A DNA stretch of 64,000 bases from an uncultured Gammaproteobacteria bacterium (lineage in GTDB: Bacteria; Patescibacteriota; Patescibacteriia; Veblenbacterales; UBA10138). Within the stretch, counting starts at the first letter, position 1, and every line of letters begins with the position of its first letter. The translations under genes and the position numbers were made by a program. Shown here one piece after another: positions 1-7,259 of this stretch. Below the pieces are notes generated by a model, which made no database searches, was not told the DNA's origin, and was given only the letters and a program-made list of their open reading frames with translations. The stretch covers positions 303,463-367,462 of the forward strand of contig CAYGDX010000001.1 of NCBI GenBank assembly GCA_964348825.1. The letters are read 5' to 3'.

Positions 1-2
1 AG

Positions 3-188
3 CAAGATAAAAGTGAACTTACTGCTCAAGCACAGGAAATAGCTAGTCGTTATAATAAAGGTACGAGCTATAGTTTACGCAAGGAAACTATTCATTATGT
101 AGCCAAATATTGGCTGGTTTATGACAAACTAGCTGATTCCTCGTATTTAGTGAAGAAAAATAATGAAGTGGCGGTGGTTAGTCAGTAA
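3..188 (+). CDS. 3' end of an upstream gene (partial, unknown function); continues beyond window start
   Basis: Open frame 3 from the window edge to TAA at 186-188; overlaps the start of the next ORF by about 26 nt. Confidence 0.35.
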   Translation, partial: QDKSELTAQAQEIASRYNKGTSYSLRKETIHYVAKYWLVYDKLADSSYLVKKNNEVAVVSQ

Positions 189-1260
189 ATTTATGAATGA
201 GCAAATATTAAAAAATATATCTGAAATCAGATGGCTTAATCGTTGGGCTGGTTCTTACACTTTTATTTCTTGTTCTTATTGGGGTTCACAATATTATCAC
301 TCATTAAAAAAATATTTAGGAGTTTATTTTAAACATACTTTATTTATACATCGCAATGGTACGGTTTCATTTTTTATTCCAGAAAAAGAATTTAAATCTT
401 TAGGTAAATATTTGTCTAATAAAAGTCAGAAGGATAAAAAGTTTGCAATTAAATACTGCACCGAATTAAAAAAGAATACCGACAAATTATTACCATTGAT
501 GAAAAAAATCCAACACGGTATTCCGAGTTGGGCTGAATATAAACAATTTAACGAGGTATTTGATAAACATCTACCTTTTCATGTGTTTGTTAAAAAAACC
601 ATTGATTTTTTATTGCCAGAAAGTTTAAAAAAATTATTACCATACTTTAAAGATGCTAGGTTATATTCGGAAATGATTTATAGTGATAGTGAAAATTTTT
701 TTCGAAATATTATGAAAGCGATTGCTAAGAAAGAGGGTTATAATTCAGATTATTTAACTTGCCTTACCCAAAAAGAATTAGAAACATATTTACAAACAAT
801 GGTTTTGCCACCTGAGGTGCAACTTAAGGGGCGATTTAAAAAAAGTGTTTTGTATTTTGAAAGTGGTAAAATTAATTTATTTTTAGGCAGTGTGGTTGAT
901 AAAATTGATAATTTAATACTAAAACAGTCAATTAGTAGTAAAAAAGAGTTAAGGGGAATCTCGGCTTATCCGGGTTGGGTTGTGGGTAAGGCAAGAATTA
1001 TTTTAGATCCACACAAAGTAAAAAATTTTAATCAAGGTGATATTTTAATTGCAGGCATGACCCGACCAGAATTTTTACCCTTAGTTAAAAAAGCTTCCGC
1101 CATTGTGACTGATGTTGGTGGGGTTCTTTGCCATGCCGCTATTACTGCCCGAGAAATGAAAATTCCTTGTGTGGTAGGAACAGCGGTGGCTACAAAAATT
1201 TTTAAAGACGGTCAAATTTTGGAGGTTTGGGCCGACAAGGGAATAGTGAAAGCAAAATGA
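163..1260 (+). CDS. PEP-utilising-enzyme mobile (phospho-His) domain protein, PEP synthase/PPDK-like C-terminal region
   Basis: C-terminal motif GDILIAGMTRPEF...VTDVGGVLCHAAITAREMKIPCVVG is typical of PEP-utilising enzyme mobile domains; alternative start ATG at 193 (MNEQ). Confidence 0.6.
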   Translation: MKWRWLVSKFMNEQILKNISEIRWLNRWAGSYTFISCSYWGSQYYHSLKKYLGVYFKHTLFIHRNGTVSFFIPEKEFKSLGKYLSNKSQKDKKFAIKYCTELKKNTDKLLPLMKKIQHGIPSWAEYKQFNEVFDKHLPFHVFVKKTIDFLLPESLKKLLPYFKDARLYSEMIYSDSENFFRNIMKAIAKKEGYNSDYLTCLTQKELETYLQTMVLPPEVQLKGRFKKSVLYFESGKINLFLGSVVDKIDNLILKQSISSKKELRGISAYPGWVVGKARIILDPHKVKNFNQGDILIAGMTRPEFLPLVKKASAIVTDVGGVLCHAAITAREMKIPCVVGTAVATKIFKDGQILEVWADKGIVKAK

Positions 1261-1297
1261 TCAAGTTTAATTTTTAAGAAAATTAATAAATAAAAAT

Positions 1298-2230
1298 ATG
1301 GAAAATAGTTATCTCGGAGAAACAGATAAAGGAATTTTTTCTAGACATACAACTTCAGCTCGACAATTAAAGGTAGGCGAGAGCTTATCTTCAGAATACC
1401 CTAGTCTTACTGAAGGTGGGGTTGAAAAGGCGCGTGAAAAAGCTAGAACTGAATTATTGGATATTATCGAAAAATCACCAGCAGGGACAATTTTATTTAT
1501 TGGTGGTAAATCAGATCAAACAAGAACTGGGGATACAGGTGAAATATATGGCGTGGAGTTAAAAAAAATTTCAGAAACAAAAAATGATTTATTTGTATTA
1601 ACTAAAAGTGATATCGATAAAATGCGACAAGAGATTAAAGAAAATGATTCAGAAGGAAAGATTATTGATAAAATTAAAACTGTAATTAGTGAACAATCTA
1701 ATAAAAAAGTGGTAAAAGTGGTAGTTGATTATCCACTTTGGATAAAAGAGCTTTCTTATGCTTATGATAATCGTTGGACAGATAGTAAAGGCAAAAAGAC
1801 CGATTATTTTGATGAAGTGGTAAAAAAATATAATGGTGATCATGCTCCGGCAGCGGCGGATTGGATTGAAAATCAAGGTCGGTTAGAATTGTCAGATGGT
1901 CGTGTATTACAAGGACCTGAGCCAGAAAAGGTGGCAAAAGAGTATCTCCATGGATTAGCTAGGTTGCAGGCGTTTGCTGAAAAAGTCGTACCAAATAGGA
2001 CAGTGAAAGTGCTTGGAGCTGGTCATCAATGGGATCTTGATGCTGTTATGTGTTTTTTAGCTGAAGGTAAGGTGAATAAAGATACTTTTGATAGAGTTTG
2101 TGGTGGAAAAGTGATTAATGATAGTGAGCTTATTTCTGAGATAGGTGTTACGCCAGAAGGTAAAACATCTGTAAAATATCGCGGTCAAGAATTTAATTAT
2201 GAGGGGGTAAAAAATAATGATTTGATATAA
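1298..2230 (+). CDS. hypothetical protein
   Basis: 310 aa intact ORF 37 nt after the previous gene; no recognisable motifs. Confidence 0.5.
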   Translation: MENSYLGETDKGIFSRHTTSARQLKVGESLSSEYPSLTEGGVEKAREKARTELLDIIEKSPAGTILFIGGKSDQTRTGDTGEIYGVELKKISETKNDLFVLTKSDIDKMRQEIKENDSEGKIIDKIKTVISEQSNKKVVKVVVDYPLWIKELSYAYDNRWTDSKGKKTDYFDEVVKKYNGDHAPAAADWIENQGRLELSDGRVLQGPEPEKVAKEYLHGLARLQAFAEKVVPNRTVKVLGAGHQWDLDAVMCFLAEGKVNKDTFDRVCGGKVINDSELISEIGVTPEGKTSVKYRGQEFNYEGVKNNDLI

Positions 2231-2468
2231 ATAGTAAAATTAATTATAAATTTTGTTGGTCTTGTCAAAAAGGTGATTATGTGGTAGAGTATGTGAGAGA
2301 TAATTAAATTACTACTCGCCAACAATAGTTTAATACATTTATTATTCTTAATAATATAAATTTTGGAAAGTTCCAATGACCAAGTTCAAAGTTCCAATAA
2401 ATATTTAAACTTTAAAACTTTTAAATTTTATTGGGATTTGGGATTTTGGGCTTGGGATTTATCTTATT

Positions 2469-4070
2469 ATGCCTTCTCTTACAAAATACACTCAAGATTT
2501 AATTACGAAGCTTGGTAAAGCGCATAAGCACGAGCAGGCCGAAGCGCTTGATAAAACCCAATTTGTTCACGTCTCGGAAATTACCAGCTTGCCCGCTTTT
2601 GTGTATGAAAAATTACGCAATATTGTTGATTATAAAGATGAATTTTTACTCCGTAAAAATGCTATTAAACGTTATTTAAAACGTAAAATACTATTACCGC
2701 AGTTTAAACAAACTCCACAAGAAGCAGGCTTGGGTTTGGTGCGAGAATTAATTTTAACTCGTTATTTGCCCAATGATAAAATTCCCGAAAGTGTGCTTGT
2801 GCCACTCGGGCAAATTATTAGTAAATATCGTAAATTGGTTGACGAAGTGTCAAAGCGTGGTTGTGCTATGCCACGGTACCGAGAGCAAATCTTAGGTATG
2901 GCCGCTGTTGAATGTGATACTATTTTAGTATCACCTGATGAGCGCCAAGCCTTTACCTCATATGGTTATCACATTTTAAAGCCGGCTTTTGATTTGTCGG
3001 CTTTACCGGGTAGTGCTGATGAAAAAACTATTCAACTAGTTTTATTAATTCAAAAGGTCTTAGAACGAGCCGATAACGATATTTTAAATTATTATTTATT
3101 TAAACATTTTGAGCCGAGTTGGTTTAAAGATCAAGCTGAAGCAGAAGTGGTGGAATTGGCTCAAAAATTAGAAAGACATTTATTTAGCTTCCAAGCTATT
3201 CGTGATCATAAATTAGGTCGGCAAATTGCTTCAGCGGTACGTAAAAAATTAGTACCGATTACTTTAATACGCGATATTATACATAAGTTTAATGGTACGC
3301 CTGAGCAATTGTTTGGCCGCTCGGGTCAACTTGAACATATGGCGCGTGAGGCCTATCAAAGCACTTGGGCGATGCTTAAACGTCGCCTGCGTAATAAAGG
3401 TTTTCACGCTTTAGTTTATATTTTTTTCACTAAGGTTTTTGTTGCTCTACTTTTAGAATTACCATACGAGAGAATAATTATAGGCCAATTACATTATTTA
3501 GCTCTCGGTATTAATTTATTATTTCCACCATTTTTGATGATGCTTATCACTATGATGATAAAATCACCCGATGCCAAAAATCAGGAATTTGCGGTAAAAG
3601 GTGTGCTGGAAGCGGTTTACGGTGGGGAACTAGAATTTTATAAAGTACGAGAATATAAAAAATTAAAAACTAGCGCTTTGGAAAAATTTATTTATGGGTT
3701 ATTGTATACCATTACTTTCCTTGCTTCGTTTGGTGGTATTGTAATGATATTATATACTTTAGGTTTCAATATTCTTTCCGGCGCTTTATTTATTTTCTTT
3801 GTCAGCTTGGTAAGTTTTTTTGGTATTTCTTTGCGCCAACAATCACGGGCCGTGAAAGTAGTAGAAAGTCGCGAAACATTTATGGGTTTTATTTTAGATT
3901 TTTTTACCTTACCGATCGTGGCTTTTGGTAAATGGCTATCACAAACTTTTGATCGTTGGAATTTATTTGTCTTTTTGTTAGATTTCTTGTTTGAAGTGCC
4001 GTTTAAGAGTTTGCTTAAGGTAATCGAAGATTGGTTTGCTTATTTGAAAGATAAGAAGGAACAAATGTAG
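2469..4070 (+). CDS. hypothetical membrane protein (soluble N-terminal region, C-terminal multi-TM region)
   Basis: 533 aa ORF; hydrophobic helices in the last 230 aa; sits upstream of ZIP and GT2 synthase genes on the same strand. Confidence 0.5.
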   Translation: MPSLTKYTQDLITKLGKAHKHEQAEALDKTQFVHVSEITSLPAFVYEKLRNIVDYKDEFLLRKNAIKRYLKRKILLPQFKQTPQEAGLGLVRELILTRYLPNDKIPESVLVPLGQIISKYRKLVDEVSKRGCAMPRYREQILGMAAVECDTILVSPDERQAFTSYGYHILKPAFDLSALPGSADEKTIQLVLLIQKVLERADNDILNYYLFKHFEPSWFKDQAEAEVVELAQKLERHLFSFQAIRDHKLGRQIASAVRKKLVPITLIRDIIHKFNGTPEQLFGRSGQLEHMAREAYQSTWAMLKRRLRNKGFHALVYIFFTKVFVALLLELPYERIIIGQLHYLALGINLLFPPFLMMLITMMIKSPDAKNQEFAVKGVLEAVYGGELEFYKVREYKKLKTSALEKFIYGLLYTITFLASFGGIVMILYTLGFNILSGALFIFFVSLVSFFGISLRQQSRAVKVVESRETFMGFILDFFTLPIVAFGKWLSQTFDRWNLFVFLLDFLFEVPFKSLLKVIEDWFAYLKDKKEQM

Positions 4071-4125
4071 TTTAGAAATCCGAAAATTTCGAATTTAATG
4101 CTTCGGACTTCGAATTTAAAACTTT

Positions 4126-4869
4126 ATGTCTATTTACTTAATCGTTTTCATCGCCGCGCTATTTACTGGCCTGATTTCTTTAATTGGCGGAGTTATTTTA
4201 TTGTGGCGGAAGTTTAGCGATAATTCTTTGCGTTTACTGGTTAGCTTCGCGGCGGGTGCGTTACTGGCGGCGGCTTTTTTAGATTTATTACCCGAAGCTG
4301 CTCATGAGTATAATATTGAACAAGTTTTAATTTACACACTGCTTGGAATACTCATTTTCTTTTTGGCAGAAAAATTTTTATTATGGCATCATCATAGTCA
4401 CAATCATTGTACGACTGAAAGTCATCATTCCGGAAAATTAATTATATGGGGTGATGTTTTACATAATTTTATTGATGGTCCGATAATAGCAATAGCTTTT
4501 TTAACTGATTTTAAATTAGGTATCATTACCACTATCGCAATTATGTTGCATGAAATTCCTCAGGAAATTGGCGATTTTGCTGTAATGTTGCAAGCTGGTA
4601 TTTCTCGGGCTAAGGTATTATTTTATAATATTTTAAGCTCTTTAGCGACGGTAGTTGGCGCAATGTTGGCCTTATTTTTTTCCGGATTTATTAGTCAAGT
4701 CAGCCCACTACTACTTGGCCTTGCGAGTGGGGCATTTATTTATATTGCGGCGGCCGATTTAATTCCCAACATTCACCGCGAAACTAATACACGTTTGATG
4801 TATTTACAAACTTTGTGTTTAATTTTTGGTATTTTGGTGATTGGTGGGTTAGTGCATTTTCTGGAATAG
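4126..4869 (+). CDS. ZIP family divalent metal (zinc) transporter, ZupT-like
   Basis: His-rich loop HHHSHNHCTTESHH; signature HNFIDGPII and HEIPQEIGDFAVL motifs of ZIP/ZupT permeases. Confidence 0.8.
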   Translation: MSIYLIVFIAALFTGLISLIGGVILLWRKFSDNSLRLLVSFAAGALLAAAFLDLLPEAAHEYNIEQVLIYTLLGILIFFLAEKFLLWHHHSHNHCTTESHHSGKLIIWGDVLHNFIDGPIIAIAFLTDFKLGIITTIAIMLHEIPQEIGDFAVMLQAGISRAKVLFYNILSSLATVVGAMLALFFSGFISQVSPLLLGLASGAFIYIAAADLIPNIHRETNTRLMYLQTLCLIFGILVIGGLVHFLE

Positions 4870-4876
4870 CTAATTT

Positions 4877-6382
4877 ATGATTAGAAAATTTTTAAATCGT
4901 TTTCCGCCAGCGCAAGTTTATCGCTGGTTTGAAATTATTCCCGGCGCTTTAGTTTGGTCGACCTTAATGGCCGCTATAGCACTGTCAATTTGGTGGCCGC
5001 TGGCGGCGGTTTACGTTATTATTTTATTTGATTTGTATTGGTTGCTACGCGTTGGCTACCTAGTAATTTGGCTACTTATATCGTGGAAAAAATTTCGGCA
5101 GGCCTTAAAAATTGATTGGCTTGCCAAAATGGAGGAGCAAAAAGATTGGGAAAAAATTTGGCATTTGGTTGTTTTGCCAACTTACCAAGAACCATTATCA
5201 GTAATTCAAAATACTTTACGGGCTTTTACCAAAGTTAAATATCCTTTAGATAAATTTATTTTTGTACTGGCCGGTGAAGCCAGAGCGGGCGAGCACTTCG
5301 TCCAAGTAGCTGAAGCTATCAAACAAGAATTCGGGCCGCAGTTTGGTCATTTTTTAGTTACGGTACATCCGGCCAATATTGTTGGTGAAATGGCGGGTAA
5401 GGGCGCTAATGGCCACTGGGCCGGCAAACGCGCGCAGGAGCTGATAGATTCTTTAGTCATTCCTTATGAAAATGTAATAGTTTCTAATTTTGATAGTGAT
5501 TCTTGTCCACACCCTCAGTATTTTGCTTGCCTAACTTATACATTTTTAACTTCACCTGATCCTCAACATTCTAGTTATCAACCAGTCGCACTTTATACCA
5601 ACAATATGTGGGAGTCGCCAGCCGTTACCCGCGTGGTGGCTTATTCTACAACTTTTTGGTTACTAACCGATTTGGCTCGCCCTGAACGACTATTTACATT
5701 TTCTTCACACTCTATGCCGTTTCGGGCGCTGGTAGATGTTGGTTTTTGGCAAAATGATATTGTCACCGAGGATTCCAGAATTTTTTTGCAATGTTTTGTA
5801 CGCTACAATGGTAATTATCGGGTGACGCCAATTTATGTGCCAATTACCATGGATACAGTTTATTCTGGTTCTTTGTGGAACACTTTAAAAAATCAATACA
5901 AACAACAACGGCGCTGGGCTTATGGCGTGGAAAATTTTCCGTATATGGCTTGGCATTTTTGGCGGTCCAATACTATTCCTTTTGCTAAAAAATTTCGTTA
6001 TGTTTGGAATCAATTAGAAGGCGTGTACTCTTGGGCCACTGCACCGCTCTTGATTTTTATTTTAGGACGAATGCCGTTATACTTTGCGGACTCGGCTACT
6101 AAGTCAACTTTAATAGCTCATAGCGCGCCACAAGCTTTGGATTGGTTAATGACTATTGCTATGCTTGGACTTTTTTGTAGCGCAACGCTTGCGGCTTTTA
6201 TTTTACCGCCTCGCCCAGAAACACATTCCAAATTTTCTTATATTTTTATGTTGTTACAATGGTTACTTTTTCCGGCCTGCATGATAATTTTTGGCGCCAT
6301 TCCCGCGGTTGACGCACAAACCCGACTCATGCTCGGGAAATATCTGGGCTTTTGGGTAACGGAGAAGAAGAGGGTGGTTTAA
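4877..6382 (+). CDS. processive family-2 glycosyltransferase (cellulose/chitin/hyaluronan-synthase-like membrane polysaccharide synthase)
   Basis: N-terminal TM helices, GT-A core with D...DSD, TED motif (IVTEDSRIF) and QQRRW motif, and C-terminal TM helices. Confidence 0.7.
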   Translation: MIRKFLNRFPPAQVYRWFEIIPGALVWSTLMAAIALSIWWPLAAVYVIILFDLYWLLRVGYLVIWLLISWKKFRQALKIDWLAKMEEQKDWEKIWHLVVLPTYQEPLSVIQNTLRAFTKVKYPLDKFIFVLAGEARAGEHFVQVAEAIKQEFGPQFGHFLVTVHPANIVGEMAGKGANGHWAGKRAQELIDSLVIPYENVIVSNFDSDSCPHPQYFACLTYTFLTSPDPQHSSYQPVALYTNNMWESPAVTRVVAYSTTFWLLTDLARPERLFTFSSHSMPFRALVDVGFWQNDIVTEDSRIFLQCFVRYNGNYRVTPIYVPITMDTVYSGSLWNTLKNQYKQQRRWAYGVENFPYMAWHFWRSNTIPFAKKFRYVWNQLEGVYSWATAPLLIFILGRMPLYFADSATKSTLIAHSAPQALDWLMTIAMLGLFCSATLAAFILPPRPETHSKFSYIFMLLQWLLFPACMIIFGAIPAVDAQTRLMLGKYLGFWVTEKKRVV

Positions 6383-6490
6383 TGGGTAATTTGTAGCTGA
6401 TAGCGCGTAGCATGTCATTGCGAGGAGCGAGTAAGGCGAGCGACAAAGCAATCTCCAGTGTTTAATGTCAAATTTCAAAATTCAAATGAC

Positions 6491-6587
6491 AAATCAAATC
6501 CCAATGACTAAAATCCAAAAAAGTTTTAAACATTTGAATTTAGAATTTTGGATTTATTTAGGATTTAGATATTCGGATTTCGGATTT
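6491..6587. repeat. AT-rich intergenic inverted-repeat element, family 1, copy 1
   Basis: Core AAATCCCAATGACTAAAATCCAAAAAAGTTTTAAACATTTGAATTTAGAATTTTGGATTTATTTAGGATTT is shared with copies at 19108-19231 and 26513-26640; internal dyad AAATCCAAAA/TTTTGGATTT. Confidence 0.6.
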
Positions 6588-6647
6588 AAACGATAATTTA
6601 ATATTCGGCACCTTAGTATTGTTTGGGTAGTTATTAAGGTGTACACA

Positions 6648-6676
6648 TTGACAATGGTTTAGTTCTGTGTTATCAT
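6648..6676 (+). promoter_or_regulatory. sigma70-like promoter (TTGACA-17-TATCAT) for the small Gly/Arg-rich protein gene
   Basis: TTGACA at 6648-6653, 17 nt spacer, TATCAT at 6671-6676; leaves a roughly 108 nt leader. Confidence 0.5.
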
Positions 6677-6791
6677 ACACACCAGTTAGGATAGCAGTTC
6701 GTAAATCTCGAAATATCTCGATTGTAGAGGTAGGTTAAGTAGCGAAACGTTCATCCTAATAGCTTATAAGAAAGGGGGTGAACATTCGCAC

Positions 6792-7037
6792 ATGACCTAC
6801 CAAAATAATCAAGGTGGCTTCGGCGGCGCTAGCCGCGGAGGTTTCGGAGGTGGCAACCGTGGCGGCTTCGGCGGCCCGCGCGCTCCTCAACCATTGATCG
6901 ACGTAACTAATTTAAATATAGTTTGCGCTGATTGTGGTGCACCAGTTACACAGTTACCATTCCAACCAGATCCAGCACGTTTAAACACTATTCGTTGCCG
7001 AGACTGTTTGCGCAAGAGCCGTCCAGCTCGTTTCTAA
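6792..7037 (+). CDS. small Gly/Arg-rich (RGG-like) protein with C-terminal CxxC...CxxC zinc ribbon
   Basis: 81 aa; GGFGG/RGG repeats, then CADCG...CRDC; strong SD AAAGGGGGTG; own promoter and terminator; codon usage more GC-rich than neighbouring genes. Confidence 0.6.
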   Translation: MTYQNNQGGFGGASRGGFGGGNRGGFGGPRAPQPLIDVTNLNIVCADCGAPVTQLPFQPDPARLNTIRCRDCLRKSRPARF

Positions 7038-7111
7038 TATTAGTTGCTTTAGTGCACCCCTCGACTACACTCGGGGTAAAAGCTAAACAGCTTTAAGAAA
7101 TTTGGATATAA

Positions 7112-7142
7112 AAACTCCCCTTAATTTGGGGGAGTTTTTTGA
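7112..7142 (+). terminator. rho-independent terminator
   Basis: AACTCCCC-TTAATTT-GGGGAGTT followed by TTTTTT. Confidence 0.7.
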
Positions 7143-7259
7143 TTTTACAAATATTAAATTTTGTACTAAGATAGTAGCGTAAAATAAATATAAAAACCCT
7201 CATTAGTGGGGGCAAATTAATAAACAACACACACAAAACAAATAAAAGAAGGGGTAGTT

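Noticed and set aside
2231-2468. Possible small RNA downstream of a TTGTCA-17-TAGAGT promoter-like site (about 2262-2295)
   Set aside because: No terminator or conserved structure is recognisable. The region ends in family-3 TTGGGATTTGGGA repeats, and the evidence is insufficient.
4071-4125. Direct repeat TTCGAATTTAA x2 upstream of the ZIP transporter as a Zur box
   Set aside because: It is not palindromic and does not match known Zur/Fur consensus. It is composed of the same CGGATTT/CGAATTT words as the dispersed family-1 repeats.
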